A stretch of 64,000 nt of DNA from NCBI GenBank assembly GCA_903934295.1, contig CAIZNI010000013.1, positions 38,888-102,887 on the forward strand, read 5' to 3'. Origin of the DNA: an uncultured beta proteobacterium. Its GTDB lineage: Bacteria; Pseudomonadota; Gammaproteobacteria; Burkholderiales; Burkholderiaceae_E. A model generated the notes under the pieces. The model did no database searches and was not told the origin of the DNA. It saw only the letters and a list, made by a program, of their open reading frames with translations. Below are positions 1 to 11,487 of the stretch, piece after piece (the stretch's first letter is position 1; each line of letters starts with the position of its first letter). A program made the position numbers and the translations under genes.

Positions 1-692
1 AGCGAGGTCGCGTGGGGCAGGTGCAGGGTGTCGGACGACAAGTCCTGCAGGCGGTGGGTGCGACCGGCCACGAAGCACCGGCAGACCGCCGGCGAGGCGC
101 CGAACAGATACAGCAGCAGCCAGGAGTGGCGGCGGAAATTGCGGATCAGCCCGAAGTAGGCGGCGTTGCGATAGGCCTCGACGCTGCCGTGGTGTCCGGC
201 CGCCTGCTGCAGCGCGCCCCAGGCGGCGCCCGGCAGCGAGAAGTTGTAGTGGATGCCCGAGATGGTCTGCATGCGCCGCCCGTAGCGGTGTGACAGCCCG
301 TTGCGGTACACCGTCTTGGAGCGCCCGACGTTCGAGTGCCCGTAGCTGCCCAGCGGGATGTCGTGGTCGCTGTCCGGCAGCCGGCAGGGCATGCTGCTGC
401 CCCACATGAGCTCGTCGCCCAGATGCGGGTAGACCGCCTGGTGGATCTGCTGCAGCTCGGCCTCGCAGGCCTGGGCGGTGGTGTGGACGCCGGTGATCAG
501 CTCGAGCTGCGATTCGCTGAAATCGGTGGTGATGTGCGGGTGGGTCAGGGCCGAGCCCAGGCCCGCCGGGTGCGGCGTCAGGGCGAGGGTGCCGTCGCGC
601 GTGGCCCGCAGCCCCTCTTTTTCGATGCCGCGAAGCATGCCGGTCAGCATTCCGGGCGTGAGCGAGCGCAGCAATGAGTCAAGACTGGTCAA
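1..692 (-). CDS. gshA: Glutamate--cysteine ligase (5' part; runs off the window start)
   Basis: Not in the ORF track. Manual minus-strand translation gives ...LRGIEKEGLR...HPAGLGSALTHPHITTDFSESQLELITG...YRNGLSHRYGRRMQTISGIHYNFSL, which are GshA motifs. Putative TTG start at 692 is uncertain. Confidence 0.92.
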   Translation of the reverse strand, partial: MTSLDSLLRSLTPGMLTGMLRGIEKEGLRATRDGTLALTPHPAGLGSALTHPHITTDFSESQLELITGVHTTAQACEAELQQIHQAVYPHLGDELMWGSSMPCRLPDSDHDIPLGSYGHSNVGRSKTVYRNGLSHRYGRRMQTISGIHYNFSLPGAAWGALQQAAGHHGSVEAYRNAAYFGLIRNFRRHSWLLLYLFGASPAVCRCFVAGRTHRLQDLSSDTLHLPHATS

Positions 693-806
693 GAAGGTTC
701 CCCAGAGTTCAGGAATGCCTTTTACATCATTCCCGTGTAACGCGTTGCGGGCCGGCGAAAACCGGCCCGGCGGGCGGCGCGCGCACTTTCGTTAGAATCG
801 CTGCCC

Positions 807-2237
807 ATGACCGAGACATCCTGCGGGGTTCGCACCCGATTCGCACCGAGCCCCACCGGCTTTCTTCACATCGGCGGGGCCCGCACCGCGCTCTACGCCT
901 GGGCCTTCGCCCGTCATCACCAGGGCACCTTCATCCTGCGCATCGAGGACACCGATGTCGAGCGTTCGTCGCCCGAGGCGGTGCAGGCGATTCTCGACGG
1001 CATGGCCTGGCTGGGTCTGCCGCCCGATGAAGGACCTTTCTATCAGATGCGCCGGATGGACCGGTACCGTGAAGTCATCGCGCAGATGCTCGAGGCCGGC
1101 ACCGCGTATCGCTGCTGGTGCTCACGCGAGGAACTCGACGCAATGCGCGCCGCCCAGGAGGCCGCCGGCCAGAAGCCGCGCTATGACGGTCGCTGGCGCC
1201 CCGAGCCGGGTCGCACGCTGCCGGCGCCGCCGGTGGGTGCGCCCTCGGTGGTGCGCTTTCGCAATCCGAAGGACGGCGTGGTCGCCTGGGACGACACCGT
1301 CAAGGGTCCGATCGAATTCGCCAACGCCGAACTCGATGACCTCATCATCGCCCGCTCCGACGGCACGCCGACCTACAACTTCTGCGTGGTGGTCGATGAC
1401 TGGGACATGGCCATCACCCACGTGATCCGGGGCGACGACCATGTCAACAACACGCCGCGCCAGATCAACATTCTCGCGGCGCTGGGCGCGACGCTGCCGC
1501 GCTACGGCCATGTGCCGATGATCCACGGTCCCGACGGCCAGAAGCTCTCGAAGCGCCACGGCGCGGTCTCGGTCATGCAGTACCACGCCGAGGGCTACCT
1601 GCCCGAGGCGGTGATCAACTACCTGGCGCGGCTCGGCTGGAGCCATGGCGACGAGGAAATCTTCAGCCGGGCGCAGTTCGTGTCCTGGTTCGACGGCGAA
1701 CACATCAGCCGCTCGCCGGCGCGCTTCGATTTCGACAAGCTGCGCTGGCTGAACAACCATCATCTCAAGGCGATGGCCGATGCCGACATCGCGGCCGACG
1801 TCGCGACCCGGCTGGCGGTTCGAGGCGCGAACGCCGGCGACGCGGCGCACGCCGGAATCGATCTGGCGGCGGTCTGCGGGCTGCTGAAGGATCGTTCGGC
1901 CACGCTGGAAGAGGTCACCGAGTCGGCGATGATGTTCTACCTGGTGCCGCACCTGCATGCGGCCCAACTGGCCGAGGTGATCAAGCCCGAGGTGCGTCCC
2001 GCGCTGGCCGCCTTTGCCGATCTCTGCGCCGACCTGGACTGGACCCGCGAGGCGATCGCAGGCGCGGTCAAGCAGACCGTGGCCGCGCACGGCCTGAAGA
2101 TGCCGCAGTTCGGCATGCCGATGCGCCAGCTGGTGTTCGGGCGTCCCCAGACCCCCGCCCTGGAGGCGGTGCTGGTGCTGATGCCGCGTCAGACGGTCAT
2201 CCAGCGTCTGCGGGCCGGGCTCGCGCACGCCCTCTGA
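807..2237 (+). CDS. gltX: Glutamate--tRNA ligase
   Basis: [14 protein letters not shown] (HIGH), LRIEDTD, IRGDDH and KLSKR (KMSKS) motifs; full length of 476 aa including the anticodon-binding domain. Confidence 0.97.
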   Translation: MTETSCGVRTRFAPSPTGFLHIGGARTALYAWAFARHHQGTFILRIEDTDVERSSPEAVQAILDGMAWLGLPPDEGPFYQMRRMDRYREVIAQMLEAGTAYRCWCSREELDAMRAAQEAAGQKPRYDGRWRPEPGRTLPAPPVGAPSVVRFRNPKDGVVAWDDTVKGPIEFANAELDDLIIARSDGTPTYNFCVVVDDWDMAITHVIRGDDHVNNTPRQINILAALGATLPRYGHVPMIHGPDGQKLSKRHGAVSVMQYHAEGYLPEAVINYLARLGWSHGDEEIFSRAQFVSWFDGEHISRSPARFDFDKLRWLNNHHLKAMADADIAADVATRLAVRGANAGDAAHAGIDLAAVCGLLKDRSATLEEVTESAMMFYLVPHLHAAQLAEVIKPEVRPALAAFADLCADLDWTREAIAGAVKQTVAAHGLKMPQFGMPMRQLVFGRPQTPALEAVLVLMPRQTVIQRLRAGLAHAL

Positions 2238-2322
2238 GGTCCGCAGGGGCGCCCGGATGCCGGCGCTCCCGCGATCGCCGCGCCGGCGTCTCCCGGCGAT
2301 CTCGGGCGGCGCCGCGCCGTTT

Positions 2323-3318
2323 CTACTCCAGCGTGAGCTTCTGCTGCGCGACCACTTTCCGATAGACCTCGAGTTCGGCCTCGATCTGACGGGCGAACTC
2401 CTCTGGCGAGTTGCCCACCACCAGTGATCCGGTGTCGGCGATGCGTTTGGCCACGCTCGGGTCCTCGAGGGCCTTGCGGGCGGCGGCATTCACCCGTTCG
2501 ACGATCGGGCGCGGTAGCCCCTTGGGGCCGAGCAGTCCGTAGTACGCCATCCGGTTCACCGGCACGAGTCCGACCTCGCTGAAGGTGGGCACGGCGGGCA
2601 GGATCGCCAGGCGCTGCGGCGCTGCCACCACGATCGGAATCAGCCGCCCCTCGCGGATGAACGGGTGAGCCGAGGGCATGTTGTCGAAGATGATCGGCAC
2701 CTGGCCGGCCACGGTGTCGGCCAGCGCCGGGCCGGCGCCGCGGTAGGGAATGTGGGTCATGAAGACCCGGGTCAGCGACTTGAACAGCTCGGTCTGCAGG
2801 TGGCCGATCCCGCCGGTGCCCGAGCTCGAATAGGAATACTTGCCCGGGTTGCGACGCAGCACTTCCAGGAAGGTCTTGTAGTCGCGGGCGGGGAACGACG
2901 GGTGGACCGCGATCACGTTCGGGGTCGCCGCCAGATTGATGATCGGCACGAAGTCGGTGAGCGGGTTGTAGGGGATTTTCGGATTGATCGCCGGATTGGT
3001 GGCGGTGGTCGAGACGGTGGCCATGCCCAGCGTGTAGCCGTCGGGTGCCGCGCGGATCATCTCGACCGCGCCCACCACGCCGCCGCCGCCAGCCTTGTTT
3101 TCGACCACCACCGACTGGCCCAGGTTGTCGCGCAGCTTCTCGGCGACGACCCGCGCCACGATGTCGGTCGTGCCGCCCGGGGCAAAGGGCACGATCAGCT
3201 TGATCGGCCGGGTCGGATAGGTGGACTGGGCGAACGCGGCCAGGGGCAGCGCCGACGCGGCTCCGGTGGCGGCGATCGACCCAAGGACTCGGCGGCGGGA
3301 ATGGGTGATATTGGTCAT
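2323..3318 (-). CDS. Bug/TctC-family tripartite tricarboxylate transporter substrate-binding protein
   Basis: Tat-like signal (SRRRVL), [38 protein letters not shown]. No tctA/tctB adjacent. Confidence 0.93.
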   Translation of the reverse strand: MTNITHSRRRVLGSIAATGAASALPLAAFAQSTYPTRPIKLIVPFAPGGTTDIVARVVAEKLRDNLGQSVVVENKAGGGGVVGAVEMIRAAPDGYTLGMATVSTTATNPAINPKIPYNPLTDFVPIINLAATPNVIAVHPSFPARDYKTFLEVLRRNPGKYSYSSSGTGGIGHLQTELFKSLTRVFMTHIPYRGAGPALADTVAGQVPIIFDNMPSAHPFIREGRLIPIVVAAPQRLAILPAVPTFSEVGLVPVNRMAYYGLLGPKGLPRPIVERVNAAARKALEDPSVAKRIADTGSLVVGNSPEEFARQIEAELEVYRKVVAQQKLTLE

Positions 3319-3431
3319 CAATGCCTCTGTCGATTCGGCCCGTTTGCGATCTCCGGGCCATCCGGCCGTTCGATGCGCCCGATCGGGCGATAAAATGGGA
3401 GTTCAGTCAACCAGCGGGTGATTCTACTTTC

Positions 3432-4532
3432 ATGTCGGGCAACAGCTTCGGTCTCCTCTTTTGCGTCACCACTTTTGGCGAGTCGCACGGCCCGGCCATC
3501 GGCTGCGTGGTCGATGGCTGCCCGCCCGGCCTCGTTTTGTCCGAGGCCGACATCCAGCCTGAACTCGACCGGCGTCGGCCGGGTACCTCGCGCCATGTCA
3601 CCCAGCGCCAGGAAGCCGACCGGGTCGAGATCCTGTCGGGCGTGTTCGAGGGGCGCACGACCGGTACGCCGATCGCGCTGCTGATCCGCAACGAGGACGC
3701 GCGCAGCAAGGACTACGGCAATCTCGCCAGCACCTTTCGCCCCGGTCATGCCGACTACACCTACTGGCACAAGTACGGTGTGCGTGACCATCGCGGCGGC
3801 GGGCGTTCATCGGCCCGGCTGACCGCGCCGGCGGTGGCTGCAGCAGCGATCGCGCGCAAGTGGCTGGCCGAGCATCACGGCACTCGCATCCGCGGGCACA
3901 TGTCGCAGCTGGGCGACGTGCCGATTCCCTTCGAATCCTGGGACGAGGTGCCGCGCAACCCGTTCTTCGCGCCCAACGCCACGATCATCGATCGCCTCGA
4001 GGCGTACATGGACGACCTGCGTCGCAGCGGCGATTCCTGTGGCGCCCGCATCGAGGTGGTCGCCGACGGCATCCCGCCGGGCTGGGGCGAGCCGTTGTTC
4101 GACAAGCTCGACGCCGACATCGCCCACGCGATGATGGGCATCAATGCGGTCAAGGGGGTCGAGATCGGCGCCGGATTCGCCAGCGTCGCCCAGCGCGGCA
4201 GCCAGCATGGCGATGAACTCACCCCCGAGGGCTTCATCAGCAATCATTCCGGCGGCGTACTGGGCGGCATCTCTACCGGGCAGCCGCTGCGGGTTGCGAT
4301 CGCGATCAAGCCGACGTCGAGCATTCGCACCGAGCGGCGCTCGGTCGACCAGCAAGGCAGCCCGGTGATGGTCCAGACGCTGGGACGTCACGATCCCTGC
4401 GTCGGCATCCGCGCCACGCCGATCGCCGAGGCGATGCTCGCGCTGGTCCTGATGGATCACGCGCTGCGCCATCGGGCCCAGAACGCCGATGTGCGGGTCG
4501 CCTCGCCGGCCATCCCGGGGCTGGCACCCTGA
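3432..4532 (+). CDS. aroC: Chorismate synthase
   Basis: [37 protein letters not shown]. Start moved to the ATG at 3432. Confidence 0.97.
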   Translation: MSGNSFGLLFCVTTFGESHGPAIGCVVDGCPPGLVLSEADIQPELDRRRPGTSRHVTQRQEADRVEILSGVFEGRTTGTPIALLIRNEDARSKDYGNLASTFRPGHADYTYWHKYGVRDHRGGGRSSARLTAPAVAAAAIARKWLAEHHGTRIRGHMSQLGDVPIPFESWDEVPRNPFFAPNATIIDRLEAYMDDLRRSGDSCGARIEVVADGIPPGWGEPLFDKLDADIAHAMMGINAVKGVEIGAGFASVAQRGSQHGDELTPEGFISNHSGGVLGGISTGQPLRVAIAIKPTSSIRTERRSVDQQGSPVMVQTLGRHDPCVGIRATPIAEAMLALVLMDHALRHRAQNADVRVASPAIPGLAP

Positions 4533-4606
4533 CACCCGCCGGCGCGGGGCCGGGCGACGGCGCAGAGGGAAGCCGGGAGGGGGTCGGGAAGGACGCAGCA
4601 GCCCGC

Positions 4607-5920
4607 GTGTCGCCCGCGGTCACCGAGGCGGGCGCCCGTCGCCAGGCCGAGTTCGACGTCAAGTCCCTGTTCTTCGCTTATTTCTCGCTGGTCGGCGCAA
4701 TGTCGCCCTACCTCGGGCTCTATTTCGCCGACTGGGGCCTGTCGATCAGCCAGATCAGCCTGCTGCTGGCGATGCCGCAGCTGATGCGGGTGGTCGCGCC
4801 GCCGTTCTGGGGCGCCTGGGCCGATCGCAGCGCGAAGCGGGCCGGGCTGCTGCGCATCAGCGCCCTGGGCACGCTGCTGGCCGTCGGTCTGATCGCGCTG
4901 GCCCGCGGCCATTACGGCTGGTTGCTGCCGCTGGTCTGCCTGCTCTATTTCTTCACCGCCGCCCAGGGGCCGATCGCCGAATCGATGGCACTGGCGGCGG
5001 CGCGCGGCGAAGCGGGTGTCTATGGCCGCATGCGCCAGTGGGGGTCGATCGGCTTCATCCTGGCGGTGGCGGCCGCCGGTCCGCTGCTCGACTGGCTGGG
5101 GGTGCGCTGGCTGGTCGCGCTGCTGGCGCTGCTGGCCCTCGGCGTGCTGGGCGTTTCCTGGCGGGTCGCCCGCCGGGCGGTGCCGGTGGTCGCATCGGCC
5201 GTGGCCCGCGGGACCGAAGGCGCGACCGCTCCCCCCGGCCCGTCCTCTCCCCCCGGCGCGACCGCTCCCCTGGGCGCGACCGCTCCCCCCGGTGCGTCGG
5301 CATCGCCCCGCCCGATCTGGCGGCGCCTGCGCGAGCCCCGTCTGGCGCTGTTCTTTCTGTCCTGTGCGCTGATGATGTTCGCCCACGCGGCCCTGTACGC
5401 GTTCTACTCGCTCTATCTCGATCGCCACGGTTACGCCAAGACCTGGATCGGCGCCGTCTGGACCCTGGGCGTCATCGCCGAGATCGCGCTGTTTCGCTGG
5501 CAGCACGGGCTGTTCGCGCGCTTCGGCGCGCTGTCGCTGCTGGCGTTCAGCATGGCGGTCGCGGCGCTGCGTTTCGCCCTGATCGGCTGGGGCGACGGTC
5601 ACTGGGCGATCGTGCTGGTGTCGCAGCTGATGCACGCCGTCACCTTCGGGGTGCATCACAGCGCGTCGATGGCCCTGCTGCATCAGTGGTTCGCGCCGGG
5701 CGAGCAGGGCAGGGCGCAGGCGCTCTATGCGACGCTTGCCTACGGCGTCGGTGGGTCCGCTGGCGGTTTGGCCGCCGGCTGGTGGTGGGAGCAGGTTTCG
5801 CCAGCCTGGGCTTTCTATTGCGCGGCAATCGCTGCGGCGCTTGGCTGGCTGGCGGTGGCAGCCAGCCAGCGCTTCGAGTACGCTGAAACGCCCACCAACG
5901 TCCGCTCCGGGACCCGATGA
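4607..5920 (+). CDS. MFS transporter (MFS_1_like, aroC-associated)
   Basis: About 12 hydrophobic segments; WGAWADR, YGRMRQWGSIGF, QLMHAVTFG. Confidence 0.85.
   Translation: MSPAVTEAGARRQAEFDVKSLFFAYFSLVGAMSPYLGLYFADWGLSISQISLLLAMPQLMRVVAPPFWGAWADRSAKRAGLLRISALGTLLAVGLIALARGHYGWLLPLVCLLYFFTAAQGPIAESMALAAARGEAGVYGRMRQWGSIGFILAVAAAGPLLDWLGVRWLVALLALLALGVLGVSWRVARRAVPVVASAVARGTEGATAPPGPSSPPGATAPLGATAPPGASASPRPIWRRLREPRLALFFLSCALMMFAHAALYAFYSLYLDRHGYAKTWIGAVWTLGVIAEIALFRWQHGLFARFGALSLLAFSMAVAALRFALIGWGDGHWAIVLVSQLMHAVTFGVHHSASMALLHQWFAPGEQGRAQALYATLAYGVGGSAGGLAAGWWWEQVSPAWAFYCAAIAAALGWLAVAASQRFEYAETPTNVRSGTR
5219..5308 (+). repeat. In-frame 18-bp tandem repeat (5 degenerate units) in the MFS central loop
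   Basis: ggcgcgaccgctcccccc units encoding GATAPP/GPSSPP/GATAPL/GATAPP/GASASP. Confidence 0.85.
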
Positions 5921-6822
5921 CCGCCTTGCCCAAGCCCTTCCTCCCGCGCCTGCCGATGACCGTCACGGTCAGCCGGCGTGCGCTGGTCAGCGCCGCCTCG
6001 CTGGGGCTCGGACTGGGCGCGACGGTCGCGCTCTCGGGTTGCATCGCGCCAGCGGGACTGGGGCCGGGTCTGTCGCCGCTGGACCGGCGGACGATGCCGA
6101 CGGTGATGATCGACTCGATCACCCCCCTTCAATTGACGCGGGCCAGCGATCTCGCGTGGCAGACCTTGCTGGCGCGGGGCCCGATCGCCGATGCGGGGCT
6201 GCTCGAGCGACTCGCCCGCGTGGCCTCGCGCCTGCGGGCGGGGGCGGTGGCGGTCGACCCCTCGGTCGCTGGCTGGCGCGACGAGGTCCTGGTGGTGCCC
6301 GGTTCCGGTCCCGATGCCTGGTGTCTGCCGGGCGGGCGCTGCGCGATCACGCCGGCGATGGCAGCGCTGGGCACCCGCCCCGGCGAGGCGAATCCCGATG
6401 CGGTGCTCGCGGTCGCCCTGGCGCATGAGATGGCTCACCTGATCCGCGATCATCCGCGGGAGCGGATCGCACGGGCGCGCGCCGACGGTCTGGCCGACGA
6501 GGCGGCCGTGCTGCTGTCGCATCCCCACGACCGTGTCCACGAGGACGAGGCCGATCGCCTGGCGATGGAACTCCTGGCGCGCGCCGGCTTCGATCCGGGG
6601 CTGGCGCTCGGGTTCTGGTCCAGGGCGCTGACCGGCGCGCTGGCGGTTCCCGCCCCCGCTGTCCCGCGCTGGCAAACGTGGCTGCCCGCGGCGACGCCGG
6701 CAGCGGTTCGGGCCGATCCCTTCGCGGCTCGCCATCCCTCGCACCCGGGCCGCCTGGCGGATCTGGACCGTTATGCCGTTCGGCTGCAGCCCCTGGTGGT
6801 TCCCGAGACGGTCAGACGGTGA
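5917..6822 (+). CDS. M48-family Zn metallopeptidase, putative (Tat) lipoprotein
   Basis: SRRALV...ALSGC lipobox, AHEMAH (HExxH), EDEADRLA, HPSH. ATGA overlap with the MFS stop; start uncertain. Confidence 0.75.
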   Translation: MTALPKPFLPRLPMTVTVSRRALVSAASLGLGLGATVALSGCIAPAGLGPGLSPLDRRTMPTVMIDSITPLQLTRASDLAWQTLLARGPIADAGLLERLARVASRLRAGAVAVDPSVAGWRDEVLVVPGSGPDAWCLPGGRCAITPAMAALGTRPGEANPDAVLAVALAHEMAHLIRDHPRERIARARADGLADEAAVLLSHPHDRVHEDEADRLAMELLARAGFDPGLALGFWSRALTGALAVPAPAVPRWQTWLPAATPAAVRADPFAARHPSHPGRLADLDRYAVRLQPLVVPETVRR

Positions 6823-6886
6823 GGTGCGTGGCATAATCGAAGGTTCCGGAAAACCCTGAGGCGGCCGTTTGTGCCGTGTGCCTGAG

Positions 6887-8308
6887 ATGTCCATTCTTGC
6901 CCGCACGCTCTATGACAAGCTTTGGGATGACCATGTGGTCCATCGCGAAGAAGACGGCACCTGCCTGCTCTACATCGACCGTCACCTCGTCCACGAGGTG
7001 ACGAGTCCGCAGGCCTTCGAAGGCCTGCGGGTCGCCGGCCGTCAGCCCTGGCGCACCTCCTCCGTGGTGGCCACCGCCGACCACAACACGCCCACCACCG
7101 GCTGGGAGCGGGGCATCGAAGGCATCGAGGACCTGACCTCGCGCGAGCAGGTGGTGACCCTGGACCGCAACATCCGCGAATTCGCGATCGGCAGCTACTT
7201 CCCGTTCCTCGACCAGCGCCAGGGCATCGTGCATGTGATCGGCCCGGAACAGGGGGCGACGCTGCCGGGCATGACGGTGGTCTGCGGCGACTCGCACACC
7301 AGCACCCACGGCGCGCTCGGTTGTCTGGCATTCGGCATCGGCACCTCCGAGGTCGAGCATGTGCTGGCCACCCAGTGTCTGGTGGCCAAGAAGATGAAGA
7401 ACATGCTGGTCGAGGTCGAGGGTGCCCTGCCCAGGGGCGTCACCGCCAAGGATCTGGTGCTCGCGGTGATCGGGCGCATCGGCACGGCCGGGGGCACCGG
7501 CTATGCCATCGAATTCGGCGGCAGCGCCATCCGCTCGCTCTCGGTCGAAGGCCGGATGACGGTGTGCAACATGGCCATCGAGGCCGGCGCCCGCTCGGGA
7601 ATGGTCGCCGTCGACGACATCACGCTCGCCTACCTGAAGGGCCGTCCGCTGGCGCCGTCTGGCGCCGACTGGGATCGCGCGCTGCTGCAATGGCGTTCGC
7701 TGCAATCCGATCCCGGCGCCCGCTTCGATCTGGTCGTGCGGCTCGACGCTGCCGAGATCCGTCCGCAGGTCACCTGGGGCACCTCGCCCGAGATGGTGGT
7801 GGCGATCGACGACCGCGTTCCCGATCCCGATCGCGAAAAGGACCCGGTGCGCCGTGAAGGCATGGAGCGCGCGCTGCAATACATGGGCCTCACGCCCAAC
7901 ACGCCGATCGAGAACATCCGCCTGGACAAGGTGTTCATCGGCTCGTGCACGAACTCTCGCATCGAAGACCTGCGCGCGGCGGCGGTGGTGGTGCGCGGGC
8001 GCCGCAAGGCGGACTCGGTCCGGCTGGCGATGGTGGTACCCGGTTCGGGTCAGGTAAAGCGTCAGGCCGAGGCCGAAGGCCTGGACCGGATCTTCCTGGA
8101 TGCCGGTTTCGAGTGGCGCGAGCCGGGCTGTTCGATGTGCCTGGCGATGAATGCCGACCGACTGGAGCCGGGCGAGCGCTGCGCGGCCACCTCGAACCGC
8201 AATTTCGAGGGTCGTCAGGGCACCGGCGGACGCACCCACCTGGTCAGTCCCGCGATGGCGGCTGCGGCGGCGGTCGCCGGCCATTTCGTCGACGTTCGGC
8301 GTTTCTGA
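6887..8308 (+). CDS. leuC: 3-isopropylmalate dehydratase large subunit
   Basis: [48 protein letters not shown]. Confidence 0.98.
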   Translation: MSILARTLYDKLWDDHVVHREEDGTCLLYIDRHLVHEVTSPQAFEGLRVAGRQPWRTSSVVATADHNTPTTGWERGIEGIEDLTSREQVVTLDRNIREFAIGSYFPFLDQRQGIVHVIGPEQGATLPGMTVVCGDSHTSTHGALGCLAFGIGTSEVEHVLATQCLVAKKMKNMLVEVEGALPRGVTAKDLVLAVIGRIGTAGGTGYAIEFGGSAIRSLSVEGRMTVCNMAIEAGARSGMVAVDDITLAYLKGRPLAPSGADWDRALLQWRSLQSDPGARFDLVVRLDAAEIRPQVTWGTSPEMVVAIDDRVPDPDREKDPVRREGMERALQYMGLTPNTPIENIRLDKVFIGSCTNSRIEDLRAAAVVVRGRRKADSVRLAMVVPGSGQVKRQAEAEGLDRIFLDAGFEWREPGCSMCLAMNADRLEPGERCAATSNRNFEGRQGTGGRTHLVSPAMAAAAAVAGHFVDVRRF

Positions 8309-8323
8309 AGAAGGCGCGCTCCC

Positions 8324-8977
8324 ATGCAACCGCTTACCGTTCACCGCGGCCTGGTCGCGCCGCTCGATCGTGCCAATGTCGACACCGACGCGATCATCCC
8401 GAAGCAGTTCCTGAAATCGGTCAAGCGCACCGGTTTCGGTCCGAACCTGTTCGACGAGTGGCGCTATCTCGATCGCGGCGAGCCCGGTATCGACAACAGC
8501 CGGCGCCCGCTCAACCCCGATTTTTCGCTGAATCAGGCCCGCTTCAAGGGGGCCTCCGTCCTCATCGCCCGCAAGAATTTCGGCTGCGGCTCCTCGCGCG
8601 AGCACGCGCCCTGGGCGCTCGAGGACTACGGCTTCCGGGTCATCATCGCCCCTTCGTTCGCCGACATCTTCTTCAACAACTGCTTCAAGAACGGCGTGCT
8701 GCCGGTTCGCCTCACCGAATCCGAGGTCGATCGCCTGTTCCACGAGGTCAATGCCTTTCCCGGGTTCGAACTGGTGGTCAATCTGCCCGAGCAGTTCGTC
8801 TCGACCCAGGACGGGGCGCAGCGGTTTTCCTTTGATGTCGATCCGTTTCGCAAATTCTGTCTCGTCAACGGCTTCGACGAAATCGGCCTGACCCTGCGCC
8901 ATGCCGACAAGATCCGCGAATACGAAGCGCGCCGCCTGGCCGCCCAGCCCTGGCTCTCCAAGACCCTGGCGAGCTGA
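8324..8977 (+). CDS. leuD: 3-isopropylmalate dehydratase small subunit
   Basis: [28 protein letters not shown]. Confidence 0.98.
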   Translation: MQPLTVHRGLVAPLDRANVDTDAIIPKQFLKSVKRTGFGPNLFDEWRYLDRGEPGIDNSRRPLNPDFSLNQARFKGASVLIARKNFGCGSSREHAPWALEDYGFRVIIAPSFADIFFNNCFKNGVLPVRLTESEVDRLFHEVNAFPGFELVVNLPEQFVSTQDGAQRFSFDVDPFRKFCLVNGFDEIGLTLRHADKIREYEARRLAAQPWLSKTLAS

Positions 8978-9070
8978 ACCCGACCGCTCCCGGCGGCCTG
9001 CCGCCTCAGGCCGGCCCCCGGGTCGGCCCCCGGCGCGATGCACGCGCGCCCCAGACAAAGGTATTTCCCC

Positions 9071-10138
9071 ATGAAGATTGCCGTTCTTCCCGGTGATGGC
9101 ATCGGTCCCGAGATCACCGCCCAGGCGGTCCGCGTGCTTCAGACCCTGTCGCGCGACGGTCTGCACATCGAACTCGAGACTGCCCTGGTGGGCGGCGCTG
9201 CCTTCGACGCCAGCGGCGACCCGCTGCCGGCGGCCACGATCGCGGTCTGCGAATCGGCCGATGCAATCCTGTTCGGTGCGGTCGGCGGCCCCCAGTACGA
9301 CACGCTGCCGCGTGCACAACGTCCCGAGCAGGGTCTGCTGCGCCTGCGCAAGCATTTCGACCTGTTCGCCAACCTGCGTCCGGCCATCGTCTATCCCGAA
9401 CTCGCGCACGCCTCGACGCTGCGTGCCGAGGTGGTGGCCGGGCTCGACCTGCTCATCCTTCGCGAACTGACCGGCGACATCTACTTCGGTCAGCCGCGCG
9501 GCATCCGCATCAACGAGGCCGGCGAGCGCGAAGGCTTCGACACCATGCGCTATTCCGAGTCCGAGATCCGGCGCATCGCCCACACCGCGTTCCAGGCGGC
9601 GCGCAAGCGGGCCGGCCGCGTCTGTTCGGTGGACAAGGCCAATGTGCTCGAGACCACCCAGCTGTGGCGCGATGTGGTCACCGAGGTCCATCAGGAATAC
9701 ACCGATGTCGCGCTGACCCACATGTACGTGGACAACGCCGCGATGCAGTTGATCCGCAACCCCAAGCAGTTCGACGTCATCGTGACCGGCAACATGTTCG
9801 GCGACATCCTGTCCGACGAAGCCTCGATGCTGACCGGCTCGATCGGCATGCTGCCGTCGGCCTCGCTGAACGCGCGCGGATTCGGTCTGTACGAGCCGAT
9901 CCATGGCTCGGCACCCGACATCGCGGGCAAGGAGCTGGCCAATCCGCTGGCGACCATCCTCTCGACCGCGATGCTGCTGCGCTATTCGCTCGATCAGGCC
10001 GGCGCCGCCGACCGGATCGAGGCCGCGGTCCGTCAGGTGCTGGCCAAGGGATTGCGCACGGCCGACATCGCCCAAGCCGGCGAAGCCACGGTGGGTACCC
10101 GCGCCATGGGCGATGCGGTGATCGCCGCACTGGGCTGA
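9071..10138 (+). CDS. leuB: 3-isopropylmalate dehydrogenase
   Basis: [46 protein letters not shown]. Confidence 0.98.
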   Translation: MKIAVLPGDGIGPEITAQAVRVLQTLSRDGLHIELETALVGGAAFDASGDPLPAATIAVCESADAILFGAVGGPQYDTLPRAQRPEQGLLRLRKHFDLFANLRPAIVYPELAHASTLRAEVVAGLDLLILRELTGDIYFGQPRGIRINEAGEREGFDTMRYSESEIRRIAHTAFQAARKRAGRVCSVDKANVLETTQLWRDVVTEVHQEYTDVALTHMYVDNAAMQLIRNPKQFDVIVTGNMFGDILSDEASMLTGSIGMLPSASLNARGFGLYEPIHGSAPDIAGKELANPLATILSTAMLLRYSLDQAGAADRIEAAVRQVLAKGLRTADIAQAGEATVGTRAMGDAVIAALG

Positions 10139-10186
10139 GTCGCACCCGCTGCGCGGGCAGCCGCGCTGTGAATGGAGAGTGAAATC

Positions 10187-11299
10187 ATGACAATGAAAGT
10201 CGGGATGGTGGGCTGGCGCGGGATGGTCGGCTCGGTGCTGATGCAGCGCATGCAGCAGGAAAACGATTTCGCGCTGATCGATCCGGTGTTCTTCAGCACC
10301 TCGAATGCGGGCGGTGCCGCGCCGCTGGGCGGCGAACCGCTGCAGGACGCGATGTCGATCGACGCCCTGAGCCGCATGGATGTGGTCCTCACCTGCCAGG
10401 GCGGGGACTACACCGCCGAGGTGTTCCCCCTGCTGCGCCAGGCGGGCTGGAACGGCTACTGGATCGATGCCGCCTCGACCTTGCGCATGAAGGACGACGC
10501 GATCATCATCCTCGATCCGCTGAACCGTCATGTGATCGACGACGCGCTGTCGCGCGGCGTGCGCAACTACATCGGCGGCAACTGCACCGTCAGCCTGATG
10601 ATGATGGCCCTGAACGGGCTGCTGCGCGAAGGCCTGGTCGAGTGGATCAGCGCGATGACCTATCAGGCGGCGTCGGGCGCCGGCGCCCAGAACATGCGCG
10701 AACTGCTCGCCCAGATGGGCGCTGCCCACGGTGCGGTTTCGGGCCTGCTGGCCGACCCCGGCTCTGCGATTCTGGACATCGATGCGCAGGTGGCTCGCAC
10801 CCTGCGCGCGGACGCCTTCCCGACCGAGAACTTCGGCGTGGCGCTCGCCGGCAGCCTGATTCCCTGGATCGACAAGGACCTGGGCAACGGCATGTCGCGC
10901 GAGGAATGGAAGGGCGATGCCGAGTGCAACAAGATCCTGGGCCAGCCGTCTTCCGGGCCTGGCCATGTGCCGGTCGAGAGCCTTTGTGTGCGGATCGGCG
11001 CGATGCGCTGCCACAGCCAGGCGCTCACCATCAAGCTGCGTCAGGATCTGCCGCTGGCCGAGATCGAGTCGCTGGTGGCCTCGGCCAATCCCTGGGTTCG
11101 GCTGATCCCGAACACCCGCGAGGCCAGCATCCGTGACCTGACCCCGGCGGCGGTGACCGGGCGTCTCGAGGTGCCGATCGGGCGGATGCGCAAGCTGGCG
11201 CTGGGCGAGGGCTATCTCAGTGCGTTCACCGTCGGCGACCAGTTGCTCTGGGGGGCGGCCGAACCGCTGCGCCGGATGCTGCGCATTCTAGTCGACTGA
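10187..11299 (+). CDS. asd: Aspartate-semialdehyde dehydrogenase
   Basis: [42 protein letters not shown]. Start is 10187 or 10193. Confidence 0.98.
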   Translation: MTMKVGMVGWRGMVGSVLMQRMQQENDFALIDPVFFSTSNAGGAAPLGGEPLQDAMSIDALSRMDVVLTCQGGDYTAEVFPLLRQAGWNGYWIDAASTLRMKDDAIIILDPLNRHVIDDALSRGVRNYIGGNCTVSLMMMALNGLLREGLVEWISAMTYQAASGAGAQNMRELLAQMGAAHGAVSGLLADPGSAILDIDAQVARTLRADAFPTENFGVALAGSLIPWIDKDLGNGMSREEWKGDAECNKILGQPSSGPGHVPVESLCVRIGAMRCHSQALTIKLRQDLPLAEIESLVASANPWVRLIPNTREASIRDLTPAAVTGRLEVPIGRMRKLALGEGYLSAFTVGDQLLWGAAEPLRRMLRILVD

Positions 11300-11487
11300 C
11301 CGTTCATCTGCGCCCCGACCGTTCATCGGTTCGGCGCGGGGTGCTGCACCGTTATCTGGCGTCTGGCCAGTGTGATAAAAGCCCGTCTGGCCGGGCGTCC
11401 GGGCCACTGGTCGATTGCCCGTCCCTGTTGTTGTCGGGTGGTCTTGACTCTTGTTGTTTCATGTGAGCTTGCCTCGGTAAGTGGCTG

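Noticed and set aside
12..795. Short plus-strand ORFs at the window start
   Set aside because: They overlap the minus-strand gshA frame, which has clear family motifs.
2323..3318. Orphan Bug/TctC receptor as unusual
   Set aside because: Solitary bug genes are very common in Burkholderiales.
6812..11014. 1400-aa minus-strand ORF
   Set aside because: Antisense shadow of leuCDB-asd; stop-poor reverse frames are expected at this GC content, and it has no domain motifs.
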